The notes: generated by a model not told the origin, from the letters alone. DNA of 64,000 nt from Terriglobia bacterium (GCA_963664115.2 CAXWPJ010000006.1:32001-96000), one strand, 5' to 3'; positions 1-9,830 are shown, counted from the stretch's first letter. Numbers and translations are program-made.

Positions 1-94
1 AGCGACTTCCTGTCGCAGCCCCTACCCCCGTCCGCCGCCGTCGTGGCCAGTCGGGAGGACTCCGGATCACCTGCACCGGACAGAGTCCGTTCCG

Positions 95-123
95 TGGACA
101 TGCGGGTCTCAAGCGTATATGCT
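95..123 (+). promoter_or_regulatory. putative sigma70 promoter
   Basis: TGGACA-17 bp-TATGCT. The same layout (TGGACA-17-TATTCT) is conserved upstream of the paralogue at 33804..34565. Confidence 0.55.
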
Positions 124-197
124 GCCGACACTCGAAACGCACAACACGGTAACGGACGTTGCAGAGCGTCATTGGGCAAATGACGGAGGGAGATTTG

Positions 198-938
198 ATG
201 CGAAGAACAACCTATATCCTGCTTTCCGTGTTTCTTATGGGCGTAGCCGGGCTCACCTTCGCGCAGCCCGCGCAAGAGCCTGCAGCAGAGTCGCCAGAAT
301 CAGTGAGGCTGCTTTTCCGGGAGGACTTCCAAGGGCAACAGCCGAACGACGTGGCGTCCCGGATTCCGCTTACAGAGCAGCACGGGACGAATGTCAATCT
401 GGAGTTGAAACTGTACGGGCCCGGTGCGAAAGCGGCCCCCGACCATGAGTCCGGACTCCTCCTGCAGCAGGCGGAAGACGCAGCGCGACCGGGAGAGAGC
501 GTCGGCTATGTTTGGTCGGGCGCCACGGAAGATCGTTGGGGCGTCATGCTGAGAGATCGCAACAATTATTTCGACCTGCGGGGACCCGCCAAGATTCGAT
601 GGCGCACCCGGGCTAGGAACTTGCATCAGCTTCGCCTTGTCGTAAAGCTCGCCGACGGGACCATGTTGGCGGCAGACTATGTAGAGCCTGAAACGTCATA
701 TTGGCGTGAAACTGAGTTCTACCTTGTCGACATCCCTCGCTGGCGGGCGCTGGATGAAACGCGGATGGCTGTATCTGGAGATTCCGCGTGGAAAATGAAT
801 GTAGACTTAAGCCGTGTCGACGAGGTCGGCTTCACCGACTTGATGAGAGGGGCCGGTTTTGGGACGGGGGGAAACAGCGGCGTTGACTGGATCGAAGTTT
901 CCGGGAACCTCGTAAGCCGCAGTACCTCCGGAAACTAG
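198..938 (+). CDS. exported hypothetical protein (paralogue of 33804..34565 and 32091..32792)
   Basis: ORF 159..938; likely start ATG 198 after GGAGGGAG; signal peptide ending AGLTFA-QPAQ; near-collinear with 33804..34565. Confidence 0.8.
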   Translation: MRRTTYILLSVFLMGVAGLTFAQPAQEPAAESPESVRLLFREDFQGQQPNDVASRIPLTEQHGTNVNLELKLYGPGAKAAPDHESGLLLQQAEDAARPGESVGYVWSGATEDRWGVMLRDRNNYFDLRGPAKIRWRTRARNLHQLRLVVKLADGTMLAADYVEPETSYWRETEFYLVDIPRWRALDETRMAVSGDSAWKMNVDLSRVDEVGFTDLMRGAGFGTGGNSGVDWIEVSGNLVSRSTSGN

Positions 939-950
939 TCGGTGCAGACA

Positions 951-1053
951 GGACAACGGTTCCTGGCTGACGGTTGACGAAGCTGTCCGGTTAGAGATCG
1001 TCGTCGTCCTGAACTGGTTTGAAGAACTGAAGGAAAGGGTGCCGATTCCATAG
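951..1053 (+). pseudogene. 3' stub of a Ser/Thr kinase with TolB-like C-terminus
   Basis: Reads GQRFL...EIVVVLNWFEELKERVPIP*, the C-terminal motif typical of the expanded acidobacterial kinase/PD40 family (recognised from memory, not searched). Confidence 0.7.
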
Positions 1054-1102
1054 GTTCCTTCTTCGGGATTCTCAGGGAACGATCCCGTTGTGGGATGAGG
1101 GG

Positions 1103-1468
1103 CTATCCACCGGCCTTCTTTCTACGAGCCCAAACGGCCTTCATCTTCTGCGACAGGGCTTTGCGCTGTGCCTCGCTCATCTTCTTTGCTGCCTTCTTCG
1201 CCGACGCGGCCTTCTTCTTAACGACCCTCGTCGCCTGCTTCGTTACAGCCGTCGCCTTTTTGGTGACCTCACGCTTCACACCCTTCATTGCGCGCTGCCG
1301 CTTCTTCTTAGCAGCCTTGCCCGCTCGGCGGGCACGCCGGCGGCTCCGTGGCGCGATCATGTCGGCAAGTCGAGCACGAAGCTTGGTAATCTGGGACTCA
1401 AGCAGGTCACGCTCCGCCGCAAGCCCCTTCAGGGCATATTCAAGGATATTACGATCGGTTGTCGCCAT
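1103..1468 (-). CDS. small Lys/Ala/Arg-rich basic protein, possibly nucleoid-associated
   Basis: 121 aa, N-terminal coiled coil, KKAA-rich middle, C-terminal MSEAQRKALSQKMKAVWARRK; GGAG just upstream. Confidence 0.75.
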   Translation of the reverse strand: MATTDRNILEYALKGLAAERDLLESQITKLRARLADMIAPRSRRRARRAGKAAKKKRQRAMKGVKREVTKKATAVTKQATRVVKKKAASAKKAAKKMSEAQRKALSQKMKAVWARRKKAGG

Positions 1469-1707
1469 CTCCGCTCACCTCCAAAGCACCACTGACTCTA
1501 CGCAGTACGGGGAACGAGCGCAAGGCGAAGTGGCAAACGAAGGACTGACGGGTCCAATTGCGTTCCAGGCAAGCGAAAATAAACGCATCGAATCTCACTG
1601 TCCGCCATCGTCGTTTATAAGGAATTGACCTTCTGATTGCCAACAAACCCCACCTCTAGTATCGTTTGCCGAGTTTTTCACGGTTCGTTTCGACGCACAC
1701 TAAAACG

Positions 1708-1779
1708 ATGGAATCAGGCACACAACTCGGCCACTACGAGATCCTGTCTGCCCTCGGTAAGGGTGGAATGGGAGAAGTG
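1708..1779 (+). pseudogene. 5' stub of a Ser/Thr protein kinase
   Basis: MESGTQLGHYEILSALGKGGMGEV is a kinase subdomain I Gly-rich loop; homology stops immediately after it. Confidence 0.8.
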
Positions 1780-3629
1780 GGCGACGCGAACGGATTTCCC
1801 GGTGCTCTACGCCCTATAAAGCGAGCTTATAGCAAGCGACGGAATCGCCACACGCTCGCCCGAATCTTCCCTAATCTTCATTGCGAAAGTGCTCTTATTT
1901 TGCCTATTATCTGGAACCCCTTCCATGTTCGCACAAGGCGACATTGGGGGTTTGGACATACGGAGTTCTGATGCAGAGACGCGCTTTACTCAAGACCGGT
2001 GGCCTTGCCGTGCTTGGCCTCAGTGTCGGCGGACCGGGGGGCCGCGCCTCGCGGCTGGTGCGCTTGCCGAGGCCCTATACCAACCTCATGCCGTTCATAG
2101 CACAAACGGCGAGCAGTGCCCTCGAAGGGGAGTGGGTGGGCGGCTTTCAGATTGGGGAAATCTCAGGCTATCTCCGTTTCGACGTTGTTGCTGAAGGAGA
2201 GCAACTTCAAATCGTCCTCGCCGCCGTAAACCCGGCGAGCCCGCAAGGCTCGGCCCTACGCGATCTGAACCACGACGAATCCGTGGTCCGCTTCGTTCTC
2301 ACGCTCGGCACCGAAGTATTCCCCTTTGAGGGACAGCTCCAGGGCGATTCTTTGGTCGGGATGGTCCGCTCGGGCGTTCAAGAAGGCTCTTTCGATCTTA
2401 CGCGGACCCGGTCTCAAGCCCAATACGATCCCGCCTTCTTCGGCCGCTATGAAGGAGCCTACGAGATTGCCCCGAACCAGCTTATCTTCGTGCGCAGGAA
2501 CGATTATCTGAGCCCTCAGGCGCCCTATGGATTCGACCGCACCCGGCTCTTCTATATGGACGAGTCTGGCAACAGTCGCTTCCTCTACCCTTCCTCCGAC
2601 AACACATTCTTCGCCGGCCCGACCACCTTCGTCCCCACCCCGATCGAACGGACCCTCGAATTCGTCAGCAACGCAGAAGCCGAAGTGATCGGCATACGCT
2701 GGCGCGACCGAGGCGAGCCGGAACGCTTTGTCCCCAGGGCCACCGTGTACCGCGACGAGGAAGTCCGCTTCCGAAATGGTGACGTTGACTTGGCCGGCCG
2801 CTTGACAGTTCCCGAAGGCAGAGGTCCCCACCCCGCCATCGTACTCGTCCATGGCTGGGGTAACCGTACTCGAAACGCCGATTACTTAATCGTGGCCGAC
2901 GTCTTCGCTCGCCACGGGATCGCTGCGCTGGTCTACGACAAGCGCGGGACGGGGGGATCGGAAGGTGACTGGCAGCAAACATCCATCTCCGACCACGCAG
3001 ACGACGCGCTCGCTGCCGTCCAGCTGCTCCAAGGTCGTAGCGACATCGACCCCGGCCAGGTTGGCATCTTTACCACGAGCTTCGGTGGCCTGGTGACCCC
3101 GCTTGCCGCTTCCCGCTCCAAGGATGTTGCTTTCCTCATTCTCACGGCTTCCCCGGCGATCTCGCAGGCGGAGCGAACTCCATACATCATGTTACCCATC
3201 CTGCGTGGCCTGCAATTCTCGGAAAACGAAATCGAGGAGGCAGTCGCCTTCATGAAACTCGAAGCCGAGTTCCTTATGACCCGCAACAATTGGTCCGTGC
3301 TCCGCGAAGCCATCGAGCGAGCGCGTGGGACGAGATGGTTTCCCGAAACTCAGATTGGAACCGCAGGTGCAACGACCGAGGATCATCCGTTCTGGGAGAG
3401 CGCGCAGGGCGATTCTACCTACGATCCTCGCCCGGCACTCCGGCAGCTCACTCGCCCCGTGCTCGCCATCTTCGGCGAGTTAGACGAGGCGGTAACCGTT
3501 GATCCCAATCGCTCAGTGCTCGAACAGATGTTACGTGAGGGCGAACACCCTGACTTTACGATCCGGGTCCTCCCGAACACTGGTCACGGGATGGGTTTCC
3601 AGGAGGGCAGCAGAGCCGCCCGTTCTAGG

Positions 3630-5476
3630 CCCAAAACAAGCGCATAACCAGTCCGCCGAGGCCCAGTTCGCGCCGATAGAATTCGAGGCATAGAATCCCG
3701 TTCCCGGATGGCCTGTTCCAGGTATCGAGTTTCTGTTGAATCTGTTTCAGTTCAGCCTCGCTGGTGTTGGACGGTTGACAGAAACCGGGACCTCGATCGC
3801 CCGGGCTCAGAGTCATGATCGGGTCAACATCGCAGAGGCTGACGCAACACATCCACCCCGCGGAACAAGACCGGCAACCACCGGTTCCAGGCCAGGATCC
3901 GGAACAGAATGCGCCGCCCGGTGCGCACGAGTTGGCACGGCACAAGCATGAAAGCGTTCAAGAAGGTTTTGAACTCCATGCGCAGCACGGTTTGCTTCTC
4001 AGCCTGATATTTTTGGCCCCAACGTCCGGTTTCGGGAAGCAGCAATGCAAACCACGCTTTCAGTGTCCAGGCCAGTGACGCGATCACCATGTAGGCCCAG
4101 TTGCTGGTCTGATCTCCGACCGGCATCCGCAACGCCTGAACGCCGTTCTTCAACTGCTCAATGAGATTCTCCTGATTGCACCGTTGATTGGCACGCATCA
4201 CAATCTGGTCGGCCGGATCCGAACGGTTGGTAATGTAGAAGAAGTACCGGATGTCGTCAAACAACACCTGCTCTCCTTTGGCCACCGACAGATTCTTCCG
4301 CACCACGACGACACGGTAGTCCCGATCGCAGGCTCCGGGTCGATACCGAAACTCGGCCACATCCTCACCCTGCAAGCGGATATTGTCGAAACCGCGCTGC
4401 CGAACGATCTCTTCCTTCACGTTGTCGGGACGTTGGCGCGGTTCGGTCGCCACGTCGTATTTCGCGGGCCGTTCCAGGCGCTTCCACTGGCGCGGCTCCA
4501 GTTCATCGGCCCGGGCCTTCAGGTTCGCCATCGCGTCAATCCCGAATATGAAACCCACCTGCTGGTCGTCCCATCCGTCCAGATGCCGGGTCTGGCTGAA
4601 GTCCGTGTCCCCGCGCAGCAGGATCTGGCGAAACCCCGCATGCCGGCACAATGCGATGGCTTGGTCGAACCGGACCGCGGCTCCTTCATGCGACGGCCGG
4701 TTGCCGCTACGATTGACCAGATACAGCGGTTCGGCGGTGTTGGCCAGCGAGATCATCAGCGGGTGATATCCCCACGTCCCGTCGTAGGCCACGTCCATCC
4801 CTTGCTTGCATTCCCCCGTGGTTTCGGCCAGTGTCCCGTCCGCGTCCAACACCGCTTCTTCGAAAAACGCCGCCGGTTGCTGTCGCCAGACTCCGAGCCG
4901 GACTTGATTGGTTGCCTCCATCAGACACTCCACGTCGTCGGCCTCGAATCTCCGGCAGAAGTCTCCCGCCGTCGTCGGATCCGGAATCCGTTGCGCTCCC
5001 AGCGCATCCAGATACACCGCATCGTTGCGCCGCAGTTCGATGTCTTCCAGGCACGTTCCTCCGCTCAAGGCGTTGTAGGCGATGTTCAGCACGTGATCCG
5101 ACTCGTGATACGGCAGGTGCCGCTTCAACACATGCACGCCCTTGTCGATGGCTTCGATCAGCCCGGTCCGCCGCGCCACCAGTTGCATCGTCCCGATACC
5201 ACCAACCGATGTGCCCCGCGTCCGCTCTCCCATCTCGTACTGAATGTTGCTCGCCGAAAACATCGGCTCTACCTGATCCGTCCAATGCCGGTCCCCAAGC
5301 CGACGTTCGATTCGCCGCTTGCGGTTCCTCATGTTCTTGCGCGTATAATCGTTCATCTGAAATGCCTCCTTTTCCGAAGAATCTGTTCAAGGTTTTTTTC
5401 GCACGGAGAGGGGGCATTTCGGGTACTTCCGCTCTTATTGCACTATCATTTCCTCGTCAATCACCCTTGTTCAGGG
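3630..5476 (-). mobile_element. IS1380-family insertion sequence, copy 1 (1847 bp)
   Basis: Terminal IRs CCCAAAACAAG / CCCTGAACAAG; 6-bp TSD TCTAGG at 3624-3629 and 5477-5482; essentially identical to 52269..54115. Confidence 0.92.
3824..5356 (-). CDS. IS1380-family DDE transposase
   Basis: 510 aa; motifs LDADGT, YHPL, LLRGDTDF, RCNQENLIEQLK. Confidence 0.9.
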   Translation of the reverse strand: MNDYTRKNMRNRKRRIERRLGDRHWTDQVEPMFSASNIQYEMGERTRGTSVGGIGTMQLVARRTGLIEAIDKGVHVLKRHLPYHESDHVLNIAYNALSGGTCLEDIELRRNDAVYLDALGAQRIPDPTTAGDFCRRFEADDVECLMEATNQVRLGVWRQQPAAFFEEAVLDADGTLAETTGECKQGMDVAYDGTWGYHPLMISLANTAEPLYLVNRSGNRPSHEGAAVRFDQAIALCRHAGFRQILLRGDTDFSQTRHLDGWDDQQVGFIFGIDAMANLKARADELEPRQWKRLERPAKYDVATEPRQRPDNVKEEIVRQRGFDNIRLQGEDVAEFRYRPGACDRDYRVVVVRKNLSVAKGEQVLFDDIRYFFYITNRSDPADQIVMRANQRCNQENLIEQLKNGVQALRMPVGDQTSNWAYMVIASLAWTLKAWFALLLPETGRWGQKYQAEKQTVLRMEFKTFLNAFMLVPCQLVRTGRRILFRILAWNRWLPVLFRGVDVLRQPLRC

Positions 5477-5603
5477 TCTAGGTACGCTCCGGACTATTTG
5501 GACACGATGATCTCTTGGCTGCTCGAGCGCGTGGAAGTCAACCGGTGATTGGAGCTCCCCTCTCGTTGATTCCACCGCCAGCGCCGCTGCTGCTTTACGC
5601 TCC

Positions 5604-5659
5604 CAAATCAACATCGACCCTGGTTTGAGGAACTGAAGGAACGGGTGCCGGTTCCCTGA
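5604..5659 (+). pseudogene. 3' stub of Ser/Thr kinase (QINI..WFEELKERVPVP*)
   Basis: Same terminal motif as 951..1053; ends 12 bp before repeat site 1. Confidence 0.7.
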
Positions 5660-5671
5660 TTTTCAAGGTCA

Positions 5672-5699
5672 AGTCCTGATAAATCATCTTGTCGGAAGT
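5672..5699 (+). repeat. 11-6-11 recombination-like site 1
   Basis: AGTCCTGATAA-ATCATC-TTGTCGGAAGT. Confidence 0.85.
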
Positions 5700-5730
5700 T
5701 GAGAAAAAAGAAGGGAAAATTTCTTATCGA

Positions 5731-5753
5731 GTCCCAGATAATCGTAGTTAGGC
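5731..5753 (+). other. attI-like simple site with integron core GTTAGGC
   Basis: GTCCCAGATAA-TCGTA-GTTAGGC; the GTTRRRY core lies 3 bp before the GNAT ATG. Confidence 0.5.
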
Positions 5754-6179
5754 CAGATGAACTGCGAAACGATCAGACGAGCGTACAACTCTGATTCCGC
5801 ACGGATAATTTCGCTCATAGCCGACGTCTATCGAGAGTACGGCGACGAGATCTATCTAGAAGGAGCGGACAAGGATCTAGTTGATATTGAAGGATATTAC
5901 CGACAGGTAAGCGGGGATTTTGTCATATTGGAAAGGAATGACGAAATCGCAGGAACGCACGCCGTACTCCCGCTTGACCTAGCGAATCGCGTCATAACCT
6001 TCAGACGGCTGTACCTTCGGCAGGAGTTGCGTGGGTCGGGTTGCGGAAAGCGGTTGATGAAATGGGCAATCGATTGGTCGATGCGCGAAGGCTATCACTC
6101 AGTAGAGTTTTGGTCTGACATGCGATTCCAACGGGCACACAGGTTCTTTCAGCAATTAGGTTTCACGAAAGGGGATACT

Positions 6180-7564
6180 GAGTTATTGTCAAAAGTGGTG
6201 TTTAGGAGATTGATTCAAGCGGCGGCCTGATCGACTTGTGTCGCTTCGACACCATCGTTGAATTTCACTCCGATGATTACCTTGCTCAGATCATCGAATC
6301 CTCGTAATCGTCGCCAATTGTTCTCAGCGCACTGGCCCAGTTTGAACATCATGTGCAGCATGCCATCCCGTGTCAGGCAACCTCTGGATCGCTTCGTTCG
6401 GTGTCGAATGGTGGCAAAGGTCGACTCAATGGGATTCGTCGTTCTGATGCTCTGCCAGTGCTTGGCCGGAAAGTCGTAAAAGGCCAGCAGTTCCTCTCTG
6501 TCTTTCTGCAGGCAGAGTGTGGCTTTCGGATACTTCGGTTCATAGGTTTCAATGAACAAGTCGAATGCCTTCTCGGCGTCTGCCTTCGTCTCGGCCTGCC
6601 AGATCGAGTGCAGGGCCTGTTTCGCCTTCGCCTGGACCGACTTGGGCAGGCAGTTGAGGACGTTCATGACTTTGTGCATCCAGCAACGTTGTTGACGTGT
6701 CTCGGGATAGATTTCCTCCAGTGCGGCCCAGAACCCCATCGCACCGTCACCGATGGCCAACTTCGGAACATTCATCCCACGGGACTTCAGCTTCAACAAG
6801 ACCTCGCGCCAACTCTGTGTCGATTCCCGTACACCGTCTTCGATCGCCAGGAAACGCTTCTCTCCGCGTTCATTCACGCCGATCACGACCAATGCACACA
6901 ACTTGGTTTGTTCCGCCCGAAGTCCGCTGTAGATGCCGTCGGCCCAGACATAGACCCAGCGATCTGCATCCAAACGCTCCTCGCATCCGAGGCGGTACTG
7001 TTCGCCCCAAACCTGTTTCAACCGCGATACCGTGCTCGCCGACAGACCCTGCGCCTGGGGACCGACAAGAACTTTTAGGGCCTCACCCATCTCGCCGCTG
7101 GAAACGCCTTTCAAATACAACCACGGCACCGCTGCTTCCAGCGACTTCGTCTTCCGAATGTACGGTGGTACCAGGGCCGATCGGAACGTCACAGCTTCGC
7201 CCGTCTTGGCACGGACCTTCGGGATTTGGACTGTTACCGGACCCAATCCCGTCTGCAGTTCGCGTTCCGGCAGATAACCGTTGCGTACCACCCCGGCGTT
7301 TCCTGTCTCAGTTCGCCGGCCACCGTGCTGGGATAGCAGCTCTGCCAATTCGGCTTCCACTGCGCGTTGGATCAGTTGCTGTGCCCCAACTCGTAGTAGT
7401 TCTGTTACTGGATCCTCAATCGTTTCTCGACCTTCCGGTCCATTCACGTTACTCTTGCTCACAGTGGCGTATCTCCTATGGTTGCTTTGAAGTTTTGTCA
7501 CAACAAATCAACCAGATACGCCGCTCTTATTCAATCCCTCAAACACCAGATTCGGTTATAACTC
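6180..7564 (-). mobile_element. IS256-family insertion sequence, intact
   Basis: IRs GAGTTATtgtCaAAagTGGTGTTT / GAGTTATaacCgAAtcTGGTGTTT; 9-bp TSD GGGGATACT at 6171-6179 and 7565-7573. Confidence 0.92.
6215..7501 (-). CDS. IS256-family (mutator) transposase
   Basis: Motifs RNGYLPER, YVWADG, IGDGAMGFW, QRCWMH, IRTTNPIES. Confidence 0.92.
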   Translation of the reverse strand: MTKLQSNHRRYATVSKSNVNGPEGRETIEDPVTELLRVGAQQLIQRAVEAELAELLSQHGGRRTETGNAGVVRNGYLPERELQTGLGPVTVQIPKVRAKTGEAVTFRSALVPPYIRKTKSLEAAVPWLYLKGVSSGEMGEALKVLVGPQAQGLSASTVSRLKQVWGEQYRLGCEERLDADRWVYVWADGIYSGLRAEQTKLCALVVIGVNERGEKRFLAIEDGVRESTQSWREVLLKLKSRGMNVPKLAIGDGAMGFWAALEEIYPETRQQRCWMHKVMNVLNCLPKSVQAKAKQALHSIWQAETKADAEKAFDLFIETYEPKYPKATLCLQKDREELLAFYDFPAKHWQSIRTTNPIESTFATIRHRTKRSRGCLTRDGMLHMMFKLGQCAENNWRRLRGFDDLSKVIIGVKFNDGVEATQVDQAAA

Positions 7565-7648
7565 GGGGATACTCGGAATATGACAGATGGAGCCATGCCC
7601 TACTCAGAGTATCGATTCTCAATGAACTTGTTTGGGCAAAATAATATT

Positions 7649-7750
7649 GCCTAACACGGGATGCAGTGGACGGCCTTCCGCTGGCGCTCCAGGCTCCACG
7701 GGTGGTCGAGGTCCACGTTTGGGGCCTAACAAGCCGCTGCAGCTGGCGGG
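7649..7750 (+). other. two partial attC-like left halves
   Basis: GCCTAAC-acggg-ATGCAG overlapping the GNAT stop codon (7649) and GCCTAAC-aagccg-CTGCAG (7724); no matching downstream GTTRRRY seen. Confidence 0.5.
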
Positions 7751-7779
7751 GCCGGCAAAAGAGGTGAAAATGATTCTCA

Positions 7780-7807
7780 AGTCCTGAGAAATCATCTTGT
7801 CGGACGT
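7780..7807 (+). repeat. 11-6-11 recombination-like site 2
   Basis: (TTCTCA)AGTCCTGAGAA-ATCATC-TTGTCGGACGT(TGAGAA). Confidence 0.85.
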
Positions 7808-7841
7808 TGAGAATTGCGCGATCCCCCAAAACCGTGTGCTT

Positions 7842-8063
7842 ATGCAGTTTTCCCGATTTCCAAAATCGACTGAGAAGCGATGGTACTTGAGTGTGCTTTG
7901 TGCGAAATGCCACTCGCCGATTTTGTTCGGTCTGGATCGAACCGAAGGACGCGGTCCGTTCGAGCCGCTGGCACAGCTGTTTCTCACCTGCAGCGAATCT
8001 GAATGCGGGCATCGCTCTGATTACAGTGCGGCGAAGGTATCTCCATACCAGAAGAATCCGTAA
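7842..8063 (+). CDS. small Cys-rich, zinc-ribbon-like hypothetical protein
   Basis: CAKC...CSESECGH; the only plausible ORF between sites 2 and 3; start uncertain. Confidence 0.5.
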   Translation: MQFSRFPKSTEKRWYLSVLCAKCHSPILFGLDRTEGRGPFEPLAQLFLTCSESECGHRSDYSAAKVSPYQKNP

Positions 8064-8117
8064 TCTTCGAGGTGAGCGTTGGAGCTGCGAACGTGAACGT
8101 ATAAAACAGCCTGACGT

Positions 8118-8156
8118 TGGTTTGAAGAACTAAAAGAACGGGTGCCGATTCTCTGA
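8118..8156 (+). pseudogene. 3' stub of Ser/Thr kinase (WFEELKERVPIL*)
   Basis: Same motif as the other stubs; ends 12 bp before site 3. Confidence 0.7.
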
Positions 8157-8168
8157 TTTTCGCGGTAA

Positions 8169-8196
8169 AGTCCTGATAAATCATCTTCTCGGACAT
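8169..8196 (+). repeat. 11-6-11 recombination-like site 3
   Basis: AGTCCTGATAA-ATCATC-TTCTCGGACAT. Confidence 0.85.
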
Positions 8197-8333
8197 TGAC
8201 CTTCGCGAAGAGCTGTTAAAGGCGCTCGGACTTTTCGTTTGCTGCTTCAACGGGTTCTCAGGACCCTCACGCTTCTCGCTCAACCTCCCCGGACAGTGTC
8301 CACAACATCCTCAGATTTGAAGTGCCCGCACGG

Positions 8334-8585
8334 CCACACCAACCGACCCGACAACGGGAGCGACAGATGCGACGGTTCAAGTCGCCACGGCAGGCGCAAC
8401 TCTTCCTCTCAGTTCACGGTGTCGTTCTGAATCTTTTCCCGTTGGGAAGGCACAGACTAAAAGCGGTTCACCACCAGATGCTTCGGGCCCGTTCCTTTGC
8501 GACTTGGAATGCGGTCTCGGTAGGCTGATCGAGCGGCGCCGATCTGGCACAGGTTCGACCTTTGGACCCGTAAGTTGACAGTACC
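8334..8585 (+). mobile_element. IS6-family remnant (transposase C-terminus plus right IR)
   Basis: HQPTRQRERQMRRFKSPRQAQLFLSVH, followed by AAGTTGACAGTACC (reverse complement GGTACTGTCAACTT). Confidence 0.75.
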
Positions 8586-8783
8586 TGGATGACCGTGCCT
8601 GATGCGATCGAGGCAATTTGGGTTGAGAACGGGCCATGGTCATGGGACTGATCTCGGCAAGGTCGGGACGAGGCTGATACACTTCGGACGGGACTCGATG
8701 GCCGTGCTAGGATCAACCTGTCAATGCCGGTCGCGGTTCTGCGGAGTGCCGTGTAGCAAGGAGTAGCAGGAGGGAGGGACGTC

Positions 8784-9830
8784 ATGCAGAAAATTCTAGG
8801 TTTCGTTGTCTTGTTGGCGATGCCCGTGGTTGTTGTTGGCGTATTGAGCGCCCAGAGCGAGCAATCGGCTAACGGCCAAGCATTGGTGCAGACTGAGCGA
8901 CCTGATTGGGCCTATGGCATCCCATTGGGGCCGCGTCCTCCCCGTCCGGAAGAGGATGGGACGGTCTTCAGCTTGCCCGATACTGACCGGACGTTCACGG
9001 CCACCCAGATTCGCGGTCGCTCTCCCGCCGACTGGTATCCCGACGACCATCCAACGCCGATGCCTGACATCGTTGCGAACGGTCGGACGGCAGAGGAGGG
9101 CGCTGTCGTGCGGGCGTGTGCGCTTTGTCACTACCCCAATGGGCAAGGGCGCCCGGAGAACGCTGGCGTCGCGGGCTTACCGGTTTCGTATTTCATCCAG
9201 CAGATGGACGATTTTCGCAACGATCTGAGGAATAGCTCAGAACCGAGAAAGAACAACGCTCGGACGATGACCCAAATCGCGAAGAACATGACCGAAGAGG
9301 AGATCGTTGCTGCTGCCGAGTACTTCGGCGCACAGCCTTGGAGGCCATGGGTCCGGGTCGTGGAGACCGACACCGTATTCGAGAGCTACACGCTGGGGGG
9401 CATTTATCTCCCAGTGGACTGTGAAATCGACATCTTCACGGAGTGCCAGGCTACTGCTGCTACGTCGGGCACTGAACCGATCGGGCTGCGTATCGTTGAA
9501 ACCCCGGAGAATATCGAGCACGCAGAGGTGCACCGTAATCCGAGGTCCGGCTGGATCGCTTATGTTCCGGTTGGTGCGGTCGAGAAGGGTAGGGCATTGG
9601 CCGAGGCCGGGCAGTGCAGTATCTGTCACGGTCCAGGTCTGAAGGGTCTCGGCCCCTTGCCTGGAATCGCGGGTCGGTCTGCCAGTTACCTCATGCGGGC
9701 GTTGTATGACATGCAGCAGGGCACGCGTAAGGGACTGTGGTCTGAGCTGATGACGCCGGTCGTTGCCGATCTCAGTACGGAAGACTTGCTGTACCTTGTT
9801 GCTTACGCGGCGTCCCTTGACCCGCAATAG
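8784..9830 (+). CDS. diheme c-type cytochrome (c4/c553-like)
   Basis: Signal peptide; CALCH and CSICH heme motifs; GGAGGG RBS. Confidence 0.88.
   Translation: MQKILGFVVLLAMPVVVVGVLSAQSEQSANGQALVQTERPDWAYGIPLGPRPPRPEEDGTVFSLPDTDRTFTATQIRGRSPADWYPDDHPTPMPDIVANGRTAEEGAVVRACALCHYPNGQGRPENAGVAGLPVSYFIQQMDDFRNDLRNSSEPRKNNARTMTQIAKNMTEEEIVAAAEYFGAQPWRPWVRVVETDTVFESYTLGGIYLPVDCEIDIFTECQATAATSGTEPIGLRIVETPENIEHAEVHRNPRSGWIAYVPVGAVEKGRALAEAGQCSICHGPGLKGLGPLPGIAGRSASYLMRALYDMQQGTRKGLWSELMTPVVADLSTEDLLYLVAYAASLDPQ

Larger units (their letters stand above)
1971..5548 (+). pseudogene. exported alpha/beta hydrolase (CocE/peptidase S9-S15-like) interrupted near its 3' end by IS1380
   Basis: Tat-like RRALLK leader; motifs HPAIVLVHG, YDKRGTGGS, TSFGG, GELD, GH. 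The frame ...AARSR resumes after the IS as YAPDYLDTMISWLLERVEVNR* (5483-5548). Confidence 0.85.
5757..7654 (+). pseudogene. GNAT acetyltransferase (integron-type cassette) interrupted by IS256
   Basis: Acetyl-CoA motif LYLRQELRGSGCGKRL and AHRFFQQLGF. The frame resumes after the IS as RNMTDGAMPYSEYRFSMNLFGQNNIA* (7574-7654). Confidence 0.85.

Noticed and set aside
4184-5548. 454-aa ORF and other long ORFs overlapping IS1380, IS256 and core genes
   Set aside because: Antisense or alternative-frame shadows of GC-rich genes; only the last ~22 codons belong to the interrupted hydrolase.
5672-5699. Chromosomal dif site
   Set aside because: There are seven copies and none has a canonical XerD arm (TTATGTTAAAT-like); only the geometry is dif-like.
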